A stretch of 64,000 bases of DNA, from positions 2,128-66,127 of the forward strand of contig JAZSFM010000033.1 of NCBI GenBank assembly GCA_045532215.1, written 5' to 3'. Positions within the stretch are counted from its first letter, which is position 1; each line of letters opens with the position of its first letter. A program made the position numbers and the translations under genes. The notes below the pieces were generated by a model. It did not search any database and had not been told where the DNA came from. It saw nothing but the letters and a program-made list of their open reading frames with translations. Of the stretch, positions 8,767-18,975 are shown in pieces. Source of the stretch: Eubacteriales bacterium (GTDB lineage: Bacteria > Bacillota > Clostridia > Oscillospirales > CAG-272).

Positions 8767-10386
8767 TTAGGAAATGGAAACAAGTGCAGGATATTGAACC
8801 GAATTGGTTCCCTCAATTTCAACGCCGAACAAAGCGGCAATGGTTTTGGGGATTTGAATGTTTTCAATGGTTTTTCCATCAAACACATCGGCATCGGCTC
8901 CGTAAGCAAATACAGGAACATTGGTAGGCGTGTGGTCGCCTGTTGTGTAGTAAAAATCGCCATTTGCCGCAATTTGCAAACCACCCGTTTCGTGGTCGGC
9001 GGTGATGATGACCATCGTGTCGGGGTTGTAGAATGCATACTCCATAAACAGACCGATTGCCTGATTGAAGCGCACCATTGCCAAATATGCCTCGGCGGCA
9101 CGGTTGTTGTGGCAATGTTTATCGATATACGCTTCTTCGTACATCATAAAGAAGCCATCCTCATCAAGGGAAAGTGTATTCAAAGTTCTTGTAATCGCGG
9201 CACGGAGTGCCATTATCTCTGCCTCGGTGTAGAAATTATAATTGCAATCAATGATTGTTCCGTATTGTTCGACCAATGCTGCCTGTGTTGCCAAAATGGC
9301 ATCTCCATCACCGCGGGTGTTCGCGTGTGCCGAGAAGGACGCGGGGGTTGCACCCGTTTGCCCCTCGGTGGACATAACGGCGGTGGCTTTGCCCTTTTGG
9401 GCTGCAAGCTCGGTAAGAGACGGAACGTCTTTCAAATTGCCATCCTTACCAATATAGCCGTTAACGGTCTTGTACCCCGAAGAGAGCGCGGTTCCTGCGG
9501 CGGCACTGTCGGTCGTGCCGGAGAGCGAATTGGTTCTTGCCTCGCCAATGTAGGGGAACAGATAACCATAGAAGAAATCTTCACCGTCACTGTAATTGGC
9601 AATGTTCGAATCTTTATACGCCTCAAAGAGTTTTGTTTGGTTAGGACCCATACCGTCACCGATGAGCAAAATGAAGTTTTCTGCCTTTTTGACAATCGGT
9701 GTGCAAATTGTGGTGGTTTGCGGTACGTCTGTATCAAAAATGGAGTCGGGGATGTAGGTTTCCACAAAATAGTAAGCCGCCGCGGCAATGATGAAGTAGT
9801 CCCCTTCCATTGCAATGTGATCCTCGTTAGCAAGGAATGCAAATTCAAATCCTTTGGTTGTAGCATCAAGACTTTGCGAAATGGGACGAACCGTTTCTCC
9901 TACAACGATTTCGTGCGCATTTACTGCATCGGATGCTTCAATAGACATTACCGAAAGTGTGATACCCGTACGCTTTTCAATCTCGTCTGCGATATACTCT
10001 GCGGCACGAACCGTGTAAGCCGATGCGTGCTCATCATAAACAACGACGTAAGAGGAAAGCGGATCGCCGCACAAGGTGGGCTCTTGAGGAGTGGTTTCTT
10101 CGGGCGTTGTAACTTCGGGCGTTGTAACTTCGGGAGTTGTAACTTCGGGAGTTGTGACTTCGGGAGTTGTGACTTCGGGAGTCGTGACTTCGGAAGTTGT
10201 TTCTACCGAAGTGGTTTCTCCAGGAGTGGTTTCAGCAGGTGTAGTGGCTACAGGGGTTGACACAGTGGGCGTGGTTCCTTCTGTAGCAGGAGGAGTGTCT
10301 TCGGGTGTTGACTTACACGCAGTCACAACAGCTAAAACGAGTATCGCCAAGCAAAGCAGTACGACGATTTTGAGCATCTTTTTCAT
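8767..10386 (-). CDS. Secreted lipoprotein alkaline phosphatase (PhoA family, 539 aa)
   Basis: Signal peptide and lipobox LAVVTAC. Alkaline phosphatase motifs GDGMG, TDSAAAGTA (Ser nucleophile), EEAYIDKHCH, TADHETGG, GDHT. Confidence 0.85.
   Translation of the reverse strand: MKKMLKIVVLLCLAILVLAVVTACKSTPEDTPPATEGTTPTVSTPVATTPAETTPGETTSVETTSEVTTPEVTTPEVTTPEVTTPEVTTPEVTTPEETTPQEPTLCGDPLSSYVVVYDEHASAYTVRAAEYIADEIEKRTGITLSVMSIEASDAVNAHEIVVGETVRPISQSLDATTKGFEFAFLANEDHIAMEGDYFIIAAAAYYFVETYIPDSIFDTDVPQTTTICTPIVKKAENFILLIGDGMGPNQTKLFEAYKDSNIANYSDGEDFFYGYLFPYIGEARTNSLSGTTDSAAAGTALSSGYKTVNGYIGKDGNLKDVPSLTELAAQKGKATAVMSTEGQTGATPASFSAHANTRGDGDAILATQAALVEQYGTIIDCNYNFYTEAEIMALRAAITRTLNTLSLDEDGFFMMYEEAYIDKHCHNNRAAEAYLAMVRFNQAIGLFMEYAFYNPDTMVIITADHETGGLQIAANGDFYYTTGDHTPTNVPVFAYGADADVFDGKTIENIQIPKTIAALFGVEIEGTNSVQYPALVSIS
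10078..10308. repeat. Coding Thr/Pro linker with about 7 near-perfect 15-bp repeats (EVTTP)
   Basis: GTTGTAACTTCGGG(C/A) repeats are visible at about 10095-10195. Confidence 0.85.
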
Positions 10387-10424
10387 AATTTTTAACTCCT
10401 TTTACTTCATTTTGGGGAGCGTTT

Positions 10425-12857
10425 TTATTTTTCGATGATGTAGGTTGCGTATGCAAATGTTTCTCCTTGCACGAATTCGTAGCCCTCAAATACGATGCAA
10501 GTTTCATAGACGTGTACGATATAGCCCTCGGAACGGCCGTTGCCGCTGCCTACCAGAACACGGGGAGTGGAGCAAGCAGGAATGTGTACCATGGTTGCAT
10601 AAGTGCCATCTTTGTCGTCGATGTTCTTGTCATAATTGGTCTTGCCGGGCTTGGGTGTAACCAACTGCGCGTCAAATGCCCAGTGGGAGTGACCGCTGAA
10701 ATAAACTACGTTTGTGTACTTTGTAAAGTATTCGTCAAATTTCTGATATTCCACGGTAGAGCTGATCATGGGCAGACCGTACTCGTTTCCGTTTGTGCTT
10801 GCGTCGCCTACTTGCTCATCCATAAAGGTGTGGAAGAAGAAGAACACGGTTCTATCCTTATACTGTTCCAATCTTCCCTCCAACCACTCAAGCTGATAGT
10901 CGTCAACAAGACGAGAGGTCGAATAACTGTAATCGTAATACTTTTGGTGGAAATAAATCATAACACTTCCATCCGGAAGTTCAACTACATAGTCAAGTTC
11001 ATTACCATCAAAATAGAGATAGGTCAGGTCGCTATCGTATTCCACTACGCTGCGTGCATATTGCATATACCAATCGTAGGAGAAGCCCGTGTATTTTGCT
11101 TCGTGGTTACCCGTTGTGGTAAAGATGGGCATATCCGGAGCGAAGCCGTAGATCTCTTTGATGGCTTTTTCGTGCAAAATGTATTCGGATTCTTCGTTGT
11201 TGTAGGAGAAATCGCCGCAAATACCAATGGTGATAGCGCCCTTTTCGTAGAGCACCTTGGCAGCATTGACAAAATGGTTGTAAGGAATGGATGTTGAGCC
11301 ATAACGAACACCTTGGTGTGTATCCGAAAGTGCGCCAAAGACATAAAGTTCATCTTCGGTCAGCAGACGCGTTGCGGGGATTGTGTAGGAATATGTGATT
11401 GTTTTATCACCGCTAACGGCAATGAGACGGGTTGCTCCCTTGGGGATAGCGGTAAAGGACTGAATGGTAACTTCTGCTTCTATATTGGCTGCAAACTCGT
11501 CGGAATATAGCATGGTGTAATCCTTGAGTTGCCCGTTGGCATCTGCCCAATAAAAGGTGTAAACGTCATCGGTTTCGGGCAGGAAAGTCAATGTACCGCC
11601 TGCAAATCCGGGCTTGTCATAAAGGAAATCGTACTCGAGAATGCCTGCGGGAACGTAAACTCTGCCGCATCCTGTGCAAACTTCATTTACATAGGTGTGG
11701 TTATTGGTTGCGGGAAGAATTGTTGTTTTGGTCAAACCGCAAGAGCAGGTTGCAACCTTTTCACCGTCTGCACCGCAGGTCACTTCTTTGGTAACGGTTT
11801 CGTTTTCAAAACTGTGAAGATGGAACTCGCCAACCTTTACAAAGTAGAAATCACGGTAGTGTTGACACTTGGGGCTCTTGGAAGATTGCTCAATCTTGAT
11901 AATATTCTCACCTGCAACAAGGTTAACACGGATACCGTACATATAGGTGGTTAAGGTTTCAGGGTCGCGCATTTGTGAGCAGTTCATACCCGTGTAGCCG
12001 TAAGAGGTTTCAAATACTTGTTCGTTATCGGTGCCGGGATTGACAGTGTATTTTGTTCCGCGTTCTTGGTCATCCTTCATACGGAAATGAATAGCCATTT
12101 CATACGTACCCGTTTCGGGAACGGTTACTTTGTAAAGGATGAATTCAGCAGGGTTTTGGTTCTCGGTTACGTACCAGTGGTAGATTTTGGATGCCTCTGC
12201 TCTGCTGACACGAGACTCAGGCATATAATCTCCCGCCCAAACATGAACACCATTTTGGAATTCTTCGAGCAATTTGGTAGAGAAATTGTAAACCTCCTTC
12301 TTTCCGTCACCATCAGCGTCGTAAACGGAGGGAGAAGCATACAGCGGAATGGGGCTATAGTTGCACCACATGCAAGCACCGTTGAAATAGTTGTGCTCGC
12401 CCGTTGCGGGGATGATGGTCGTTTGCGTGTCGCCGCAAACAGAACAGGTAACAGATTCTATGCCCGCTTTGGCGCAGGTAGGTTTCTGCGTTACAACAGG
12501 TGACTGATACGCGTGTTCACCGGTAACGTCAAAGTTGGTTTCTATCGTCTCACCACAGGAACACACCTCTCTTTTTAAGCCGGGCTGTGTGCAGGTGGGC
12601 TCAATGAAAGTCTCTGTTCTGAAATTGTGTACATGAGGTTGTTCAGAGGGAGTTGTTTCTGCAGGAGTTGTGTCTGCAGGAGTTGTGTCTGCAGGGGTTG
12701 TGTCTGCAGGGGTTGTGTCTGTAGGGGCTGTTGTTTGGGGAGTTGTTTGTGGAGTTGTTTGTTGGGGACCTTGCGTGGTGTAATTTTCAAAATCCCCTTC
12801 AAGACAACTGCAAAGCAATAGCGCTAAAAGGGCAAGTAAAAGACATATTTTTTTCAT
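10425..12857 (-). CDS. Secreted lipoprotein (810 aa), paralog of 5764-8730: TP linker, Cys-rich modules, one CBM-like domain, metallophosphoesterase
   Basis: Signal peptide and lipobox LLALLALLLCSC. Motifs SDTH, CGD, GNHE, FFH, GHSH. Long collinear similarity to the 988-aa protein. Confidence 0.8.
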   Translation of the reverse strand: MKKICLLLALLALLLCSCLEGDFENYTTQGPQQTTPQTTPQTTAPTDTTPADTTPADTTPADTTPAETTPSEQPHVHNFRTETFIEPTCTQPGLKREVCSCGETIETNFDVTGEHAYQSPVVTQKPTCAKAGIESVTCSVCGDTQTTIIPATGEHNYFNGACMWCNYSPIPLYASPSVYDADGDGKKEVYNFSTKLLEEFQNGVHVWAGDYMPESRVSRAEASKIYHWYVTENQNPAEFILYKVTVPETGTYEMAIHFRMKDDQERGTKYTVNPGTDNEQVFETSYGYTGMNCSQMRDPETLTTYMYGIRVNLVAGENIIKIEQSSKSPKCQHYRDFYFVKVGEFHLHSFENETVTKEVTCGADGEKVATCSCGLTKTTILPATNNHTYVNEVCTGCGRVYVPAGILEYDFLYDKPGFAGGTLTFLPETDDVYTFYWADANGQLKDYTMLYSDEFAANIEAEVTIQSFTAIPKGATRLIAVSGDKTITYSYTIPATRLLTEDELYVFGALSDTHQGVRYGSTSIPYNHFVNAAKVLYEKGAITIGICGDFSYNNEESEYILHEKAIKEIYGFAPDMPIFTTTGNHEAKYTGFSYDWYMQYARSVVEYDSDLTYLYFDGNELDYVVELPDGSVMIYFHQKYYDYSYSTSRLVDDYQLEWLEGRLEQYKDRTVFFFFHTFMDEQVGDASTNGNEYGLPMISSTVEYQKFDEYFTKYTNVVYFSGHSHWAFDAQLVTPKPGKTNYDKNIDDKDGTYATMVHIPACSTPRVLVGSGNGRSEGYIVHVYETCIVFEGYEFVQGETFAYATYIIEK
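12636..12779. repeat. Coding 15-bp tandem repeats (TTPAD linker)
   Basis: GCAGG(A/G)GTTGTGTCT occurs 4 times around 12655-12720. Confidence 0.8.
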
Positions 12858-12913
12858 AATTGTTCTCCTTACCTAAAAAAGTGAAGTGACTTGTACCGTT
12901 TTTTAGTAATTTT

Positions 12914-12943
12914 ATTATATCACTTGCCGTCTCACTCTGTCAA
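12914..12943 (-). promoter_or_regulatory. Promoter of the phosphatase operon
   Basis: On the minus strand: TTGACA (12943-12938), 18 nt, TATAAT (12919-12914). Confidence 0.6.
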
Positions 12944-12978
12944 GAGCATTTCGTAAACTTTTATTCACTTAAAAGATA

Positions 12979-13007
12979 TTGAAATTCGCGCGCGAGCGTG
13001 ATATAAT
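12979..13007 (+). promoter_or_regulatory. Promoter of the GTPase-NYN gene
   Basis: TTGAAA (12979-12984), 17 nt, TATAAT (13002-13007). Confidence 0.6.
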
Positions 13008-13038
13008 AATATAAAAACTGACAGAAAGGAGACAGAAC

Positions 13039-15618
13039 GTGAAGAAAAAGCTTACCATTGGCATCCTCGCGCACGTTGATGCAGGGAAAACAACGCTCTC
13101 GGAAGCGATGCTTTATTTGTGTGGAAAAATTCGAACCATCGGCCGTGTTGACCATCGCAATACCTATCTTGACACCAACGCAGTGGAACGCGAGCGCGGC
13201 ATTACTGTTTTTTCAAAGCAAGCGCGATTTTCCACACCCGTGTGCGATTTTATTCTGCTCGACACCCCCGGACACGTGGATTTTTCAGCCGAAGCCGAGC
13301 GCACGCTGACTCTCCTTGATTACGCCATTTTGGTAGTGAGTGCAGCCGACGGTGTGCAAAATCACACCCGCACACTCTGGCAACTGTTGGAGTATTACCA
13401 CGTTCCTACCTTCCTTTTTGTCAACAAAACCGATATTTCCATAAAACTTGCCGAGGAAATGGAAGAGGAGCTTGCAAATGCACTCTCACCACGTTGCGTG
13501 GCCTTTTTTGAGGCGCAAAACGACAGCGAACGAGACGAAAAGTTGGCAATGGCGGATGAAGCGTTTTTGGAATCCTTTTCGGCAGGTGAAACCATCACCA
13601 ACGAGGAAATTGCCACAGCAGTCGTTGAGCGTCGGCTCTTCCCTACTCTGTTCGGCTCTGCTCTGCGCCTGACAGGTGTTGAGCACTTGTTGCACACTCT
13701 TGACCGTTTTACCCTCTCTCCCCTTTACGAAAGCACCGAATTTGGCGCACGTGTATTCAAAATTGCACGCGACGGCAACATACGCCTGACCTATCTCAAA
13801 GTGACGGGCGGCATTCTCCGCGCGCGTGACGAGATCACCTATTTTAGCGCGGACGGTCAAAAAATGCGCGAAAAAGTCAATCAGTTGCGTCTGTATTCGG
13901 GTGAAAAATTCGAGCAGGTCGACTCTGCCGAGGTTGGTGAAATCTGCGCTGTGGTCGGTCTTTCTGCTACATTTATCGGACAGGGGCTTGGATTTGAAAG
14001 TGATGCAGGTCGCCCCATACTCGAGCCCGTGCTTTCCTACCGTATCGCGCTCCCCAAGGACTGCGATCCGATGCTTTACTTCCCAAAGCTCAAAGAACTC
14101 GAAGAAGAAGAGCCCTCTTTGCACCTGTTGTGGAACAGTGAACTCGGGCAAATTGAAGTACGACTGATGGGTCAGGTGCAAATTGAACTCTTACGTCGTC
14201 TTATCTTAGACCGTTTTGGCATTGATTGTGAACTCGATGCAGGCAGAATTCTTTACAAAGAGAAACCCGCGGCACGTTCGCTCGGCATCGGACACTTTGA
14301 GCCGCTCCGTCACTATGCCGAGGTACAGCTCCTCATCGAGCCGCGCCCTGCGGGCTCGGGGCTCTCCTTTGACGTGCATCTACCCCCAAATGCACTTGAC
14401 CTAAATTGGCAACGCTTAATTCTCTTTAACCTGTATGAAAAAGTTCACCGCGGAACGCTCATTGGCGCGATGCTGACCGATGCAAAAATCACGCTTGTTG
14501 CGGCACGTGCGCATCTAAAACACACCGAGGGTGGCGATTTTCGCGAGGCAACCTTGCGCGCGGTTCGTCAAGGATTGATGCAATCAGGATGTGTTTTGCT
14601 CGAACCCTATTACAAATTCCGCATTGATCTCCCATCCTCTTTTGTGGGGCGTGCAATGTCGGATTTGCAAATGCGCGCGGCAACTTTTGAAGTTGAAAGC
14701 GCAACAGATGAAAGAACCGTAATCGCAGGTCGCGCACCCGTTGCAACGCTTCACGATTATCCACGAGAGCTCATTTCCTACACGCGTGGCGAGGGGCATA
14801 TTTCTTGCACGTCTGACGGTTACGAACCCTGCCACAATCAAGAAGAAGTGGTTACTGTCGCTCACTATGACCCCGTTGCAGACCCCGAAAACACTCCACA
14901 CTCTGTTTTTTGCGAGCACGGAGCAGGTGTTGTTGTTCCTTGGAATGAGGTGGAAGCGTGGAAGCACATTGAGGCGGACGTTTCGCTTGCCGAAAGTGCT
15001 GCCAACATTCTACCCGCTCCGCGCAAGCTTGCCAATAAATATCAACTCAGCGATGACGAAATCGAAGCTTTGATGTTGCGCTCCTTTGGCCCCATTCGAC
15101 GCCGTCAATATAGCGAGAAACGCATCAATGCTGCCAAAGAAGAGAAGAAACGCCCCCACAAAAAACCACAACTGCAAAGGCATATGGTCATTGTGGATGG
15201 CTACAACGTCATTTGGGCGTGGGACTCTTTGCGCGAGGTGGCAGAGTTCAGCTTGGAAAAAGCTCGCGAGACACTCATGGATATTTTGAGCAACTACGTC
15301 GCCTTTACCAAAACCGAATTGACGCTTGTGTTTGATGCCTATCTCGTTCCCGACGGTGCGGGCTCAGAAATCTCTCACGATGGCTACCGTATCGTCTATA
15401 CCAAAGAAAATCAAACGGCCGATGCCTACATTGAAAAAATGATGCATGAGCTCGGCCCCAACTACAACATTCGCATGGTTTCGGGTGACAAGCTCTTGCA
15501 GTTCTCTGCCGTTCACTCGGGTATCTTGCGCGTCACCGCCGCCGAATTTGAAGCCGAGGTCACTGCTGTTGGCGAAGAAATCACCGACTTTATTAAAAAA
15601 CTTGCTCAAAAGCAATAA
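13039..15618 (+). CDS. TetM/EF-G-like translational GTPase fused to a C-terminal YacP/Rae1-type NYN (PIN-like) nuclease domain (859 aa)
   Basis: GTG start with AAGGAG upstream. G motifs AHVDAGKTT, DTPGH, NKTD. The C-terminal VIVDGYNVIWAW...VFDAYLV...YTKENQTADAYIEK resembles B. subtilis Rae1/YacP. Confidence 0.8.
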   Translation: MKKKLTIGILAHVDAGKTTLSEAMLYLCGKIRTIGRVDHRNTYLDTNAVERERGITVFSKQARFSTPVCDFILLDTPGHVDFSAEAERTLTLLDYAILVVSAADGVQNHTRTLWQLLEYYHVPTFLFVNKTDISIKLAEEMEEELANALSPRCVAFFEAQNDSERDEKLAMADEAFLESFSAGETITNEEIATAVVERRLFPTLFGSALRLTGVEHLLHTLDRFTLSPLYESTEFGARVFKIARDGNIRLTYLKVTGGILRARDEITYFSADGQKMREKVNQLRLYSGEKFEQVDSAEVGEICAVVGLSATFIGQGLGFESDAGRPILEPVLSYRIALPKDCDPMLYFPKLKELEEEEPSLHLLWNSELGQIEVRLMGQVQIELLRRLILDRFGIDCELDAGRILYKEKPAARSLGIGHFEPLRHYAEVQLLIEPRPAGSGLSFDVHLPPNALDLNWQRLILFNLYEKVHRGTLIGAMLTDAKITLVAARAHLKHTEGGDFREATLRAVRQGLMQSGCVLLEPYYKFRIDLPSSFVGRAMSDLQMRAATFEVESATDERTVIAGRAPVATLHDYPRELISYTRGEGHISCTSDGYEPCHNQEEVVTVAHYDPVADPENTPHSVFCEHGAGVVVPWNEVEAWKHIEADVSLAESAANILPAPRKLANKYQLSDDEIEALMLRSFGPIRRRQYSEKRINAAKEEKKRPHKKPQLQRHMVIVDGYNVIWAWDSLREVAEFSLEKARETLMDILSNYVAFTKTELTLVFDAYLVPDGAGSEISHDGYRIVYTKENQTADAYIEKMMHELGPNYNIRMVSGDKLLQFSAVHSGILRVTAAEFEAEVTAVGEEITDFIKKLAQKQ

Positions 15619-15624
15619 AAAAGC

Positions 15625-15668
15625 TACCCCGTGTGTGCAAAAATGCACAGACGGGGTATTGTTTTTTT
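15625..15668. terminator. Bidirectional Rho-independent terminator between convergent genes
   Basis: Hairpin TACCCCGTGTGTGCA-AAAA-TGCACAGACGGGGTA with one mismatch, an A-run before and a T-run after. Confidence 0.8.
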
Positions 15669-18600
15669 AGTCTTTGGTTTTGATAATTTTAACGGGCTTA
15701 ATCATCTTAATCTTGAGCATAGGAATGATAAGCGAGATGACTGTGAGGACACCAACAAGAATGCAGTTATCTCTTACAATACCCTTTTGGAATGTCAGGA
15801 ATTTCAAATCAAGCATAACATGACCGGGCGCGATGCGACGCAGAGATTCAACCAAAACATCGTTTGCAAGGTCGATAAAGTAGTAGTATCCCACCGCTGC
15901 AAGCACACAGGTAAGAATAGCAATGAGGAACATCTGCAAACCAAATACCGTTGCAACGGTTCCGTTTTGCGTACCGAGTGCTTTCAAAATACCAATTTCG
16001 TGCATCTTATCTCTAATAACTCTTGTGGAGAAGTTGATAAGGATGAAAATAACACCTGCGCAAAGAACAATCGCAACGAGCTCGAAGATCGGAATGAATA
16101 CGTCAACCGCTTTGGTCATTGTGTGGATACCTTCCAAAATAAAGCTTTGGGGTTGGTAATTCATATCTGCTGCACTATCCAAAACACCGCCAAGACCTTG
16201 GTTGCCGTCAAAATAAAGGGCACTTTCACGAATGTTGTCCTTCAGGAAAAGTTGGTAAACATTATCGCCTGCATAAAAAGTTGCTCCCGTATAGGAGTGG
16301 AGTGCGATAATGGTTACTTCTTTTTCAAACATCACAGATTCGTGCGCTTCATCATCGTAATCATATTGGGAAAGCGTTACGGTATGCGGAACAAATTGAT
16401 CAAAATTGAGAGATGTGTACTCTGTTCCAAATACCTCGTTGTATCTTTCGTAGTTCATAACAACGCAATCATCCGGCACATAGTCACCCATTGCTGCTTG
16501 GGTACCGATACACTCTTTGTTTTCATTATAGAATGCATAGAACGCATAGGTTCTAATTGCAATTGCTGCAAACTCGGTGATCTTTGCCCCCTCGGGAATT
16601 TCAATATAGTCAGAAATCCAACCGGTTGTACCACTGGCACCCGTAGTTGTGTTCGCACCGGTAAGAATATCGATACCAATTCCTTTTGTGGGATCCAAAT
16701 CCTTATTTGATGTAAAGTTCATCAACTCTTTGGAGATCGGCTCATTGTCATCAAAGCGAAGAAGTGCGCATTCTCTCGTAGAAACTTCGTCAGTAAGACC
16801 GTAAGCACGGTCTACATCATCGTTAAACGCAACGCGAATGTATTTTGCACCTTCGGGGATTTCAGGCAATGCCGTTGTGTACATAAATGAACCCTTGAGG
16901 AGAGATTCGTAATCGGCAGTATTTTGGCGATAGTTATACGAAAGAACAATGGGGTTGTTTTCCGCCACCAAGTCCACCTTGTTGTTAAAACTCAAGCGGT
17001 AGTGAGGTGTTTGCAGGGTTGCTAACGAGGTTTTGTACAAGTCCTCTTCAAAATTGGGATTGGTGGTAAAGCAGTAGCCAAGCGTGCCGTAAATTTCGCT
17101 AGTCAGTTTTTGAAACTCTTCCATTTCGTAAAGATCCGAAATGTTGAAACTCTTGACATCTTTCAACGAATCAAGGAAATCTTGATAGCGTTCTTTGTAA
17201 CCAGTGTAAATAATACCGTTTACATATCCCTGCTCTAATGTACTGCTGGGATTGAGAAATTTGCCCAAAATATCCTCATAGGTCTTATGTTTGTATTTCG
17301 TGTTGGTTGCCAATACCGCATCGGCAACATAGTCGGTAATGAGAACACCATACGGTTTGAATTCATCTTCATCCAGCTTTACAACGTAGGTAACTTCACC
17401 AAACTTTTGTTGCAAGAATTCTTCATCTACGATCAATGTACCAAGTGTTTCGCTAATGTAGGGACTATTTGTGAAATAGCTACCACCGAGAGCCCAACGG
17501 TGGCTTCGCCACCTGATAGGAAGAGTGTAACTCAATACAGGATAAATTTTTCCTTTATAGCCGGAATCATAGAAGAATTGAACATCTCCCTCATCGTTTT
17601 CAAGGCGGTAACGTCTGCCATACTGTTGTGTCATCTCATCGTTAAACGCCTTATTTAGTAGCAGCGTGTCTTGCTTAGCTTGTTGCATCTCTTCGGCAAT
17701 GATTGCACTCGAATCAAATCCGATAATGGTTTGCGCCAAGGCCATAATCACCATAACCACCGCTACCATAAAGCTCGAAACGCCAATCATCACCGCGCGG
17801 CTCTTGAGGAATTTGCGGCTCAGGCGCATCTTTTTGGAAAAACGGAGCTTTTCTTTTTCGATTTCTACCCTTTCACCCTCCGGAATTCTGACACGAGCAG
17901 AAACGAATTTATCTCTCTGCTTAACAAAACGACTGCGGGGACGAGAGTTGATAAAGGCAATATCATTGTCGCTGAGTTCTCTTCCCTCAGGATAGAGAAT
18001 GATATCGTCAATAGCGGTAACGCAGTTGCCAACCTTAGGGTTGCGGGTGTAGTCGCCGCAAACTTGTCCGTCCTCCAGTTCAATGATACGGTCCGCATAG
18101 TTTTTCGCATCGCGAATATTATGCGAAACAATCAGGATCAGACGCTCGCGTGCAAGATTTTGCAGCAAAGCAATAATTGAGGTTGCCGTGTTGGGGTCAA
18201 GGTTACCTGTGGGCTCATCGGCAAGAATAACCTTGGGATCCTTTACAATCGCACGCGCAATTGCAACACGTTGACGTTCACCGCCACTCAATTCAGAGGG
18301 GTAACGTCTTTCGTATCCTGCAAGACCTACACGCGCAAGCGCTTCGCTGATGCGACCTTGGTCTCTCATGCGGCGCAGGTGCAGGGAGGTTGCAATATTT
18401 TCGTATACCGTCAATTCTTCGATCAGGTGGTAATCCTGGAAGATAAAGCCGATGTGCGTATTACGGTAGTTGCACAGTTGACGCTCACTCAGGCGAGAAA
18501 TATCATTGCCGTTCACCTCAATGGACCCATATGTGATTTTATCAAGACCCCCTATGAGGTTGAGCAAAGTGGATTTACCACTACCGCTTTTACCCAATAC

Positions 18601-18708
18601 AAAAACGAGACCGGCATCCGGCAAATCAAGACTAACATTGGTCAGTGCATAGCCCTTTTTGCCGTGTTTAGAACGGTAAACCTTGCACAGGGATGTGATT
18701 TTAATCAT
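15667..18708 (-). CDS. MacB-type ABC transporter, fused ATPase plus FtsX-like permease with a large extracytoplasmic domain (1013 aa)
   Basis: [38 protein letters not shown]-terminal transmembrane helices after a long soluble insert. Confidence 0.85.
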   Translation of the reverse strand: MIKITSLCKVYRSKHGKKGYALTNVSLDLPDAGLVFVLGKSGSGKSTLLNLIGGLDKITYGSIEVNGNDISRLSERQLCNYRNTHIGFIFQDYHLIEELTVYENIATSLHLRRMRDQGRISEALARVGLAGYERRYPSELSGGERQRVAIARAIVKDPKVILADEPTGNLDPNTATSIIALLQNLARERLILIVSHNIRDAKNYADRIIELEDGQVCGDYTRNPKVGNCVTAIDDIILYPEGRELSDNDIAFINSRPRSRFVKQRDKFVSARVRIPEGERVEIEKEKLRFSKKMRLSRKFLKSRAVMIGVSSFMVAVVMVIMALAQTIIGFDSSAIIAEEMQQAKQDTLLLNKAFNDEMTQQYGRRYRLENDEGDVQFFYDSGYKGKIYPVLSYTLPIRWRSHRWALGGSYFTNSPYISETLGTLIVDEEFLQQKFGEVTYVVKLDEDEFKPYGVLITDYVADAVLATNTKYKHKTYEDILGKFLNPSSTLEQGYVNGIIYTGYKERYQDFLDSLKDVKSFNISDLYEMEEFQKLTSEIYGTLGYCFTTNPNFEEDLYKTSLATLQTPHYRLSFNNKVDLVAENNPIVLSYNYRQNTADYESLLKGSFMYTTALPEIPEGAKYIRVAFNDDVDRAYGLTDEVSTRECALLRFDDNEPISKELMNFTSNKDLDPTKGIGIDILTGANTTTGASGTTGWISDYIEIPEGAKITEFAAIAIRTYAFYAFYNENKECIGTQAAMGDYVPDDCVVMNYERYNEVFGTEYTSLNFDQFVPHTVTLSQYDYDDEAHESVMFEKEVTIIALHSYTGATFYAGDNVYQLFLKDNIRESALYFDGNQGLGGVLDSAADMNYQPQSFILEGIHTMTKAVDVFIPIFELVAIVLCAGVIFILINFSTRVIRDKMHEIGILKALGTQNGTVATVFGLQMFLIAILTCVLAAVGYYYFIDLANDVLVESLRRIAPGHVMLDLKFLTFQKGIVRDNCILVGVLTVISLIIPMLKIKMIKPVKIIKTKD

Positions 18709-18751
18709 TTCAATTTCCTCACTTCTGTTGATGAAAATTTGACTATTTAAT

Positions 18752-18780
18752 ATTATAACATATAATTCTACATTTGTAAA
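18752..18780 (-). promoter_or_regulatory. Promoter of the 1013-aa MacB-like gene
   Basis: On the minus strand: TTTACA (18780-18775), 17 nt, TATAAT (18757-18752), preceded by TG. Confidence 0.55.
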
Positions 18781-18925
18781 GAGAATTCGACAATTTTCTT
18801 AAAAAATGAAGTCGGTACGGCTTTTTTCGCATTTGCTCATTTGCACCGAAAAGCGGAGCGCCGAAAGGCAAAGCAAAAGCCATACCAAAACAAGTCCTAA
18901 CTTTATTGTTTTTTACAAGAACAGT

Positions 18926-18972
18926 ACAAAAAACACCACCGTATATGCAAAAACCGCACATACGGTGGTGTT
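18926..18972 (-). terminator. Rho-independent terminator of the 888-aa MacB-like gene
   Basis: 13-bp stem AACACCACCGTAT / ATACGGTGGTGTT, with a T-run on the minus strand. Confidence 0.8.
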
Positions 18973-18975
18973 TTA

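Noticed and set aside
6385-10260. Several long plus-strand ORFs (6385-7359, 7630-8712, 8794-10260)
   Set aside because: They are antisense to the phosphatase genes, which carry complete catalytic motifs and signal peptides. None has an SD. The VVTSG repeats are the reverse reading of the TTPEV linkers.
13039-15618. Calling the GTPase a tetracycline-resistance ribosomal protection protein (tetM/tetO/tetW)
   Set aside because: The similarity is at the family level only. The context is chromosomal with no mobile-element flanks, and the C-terminal NYN fusion is not a feature of known Tet(M)-type determinants. A resistance call would be unsupported.
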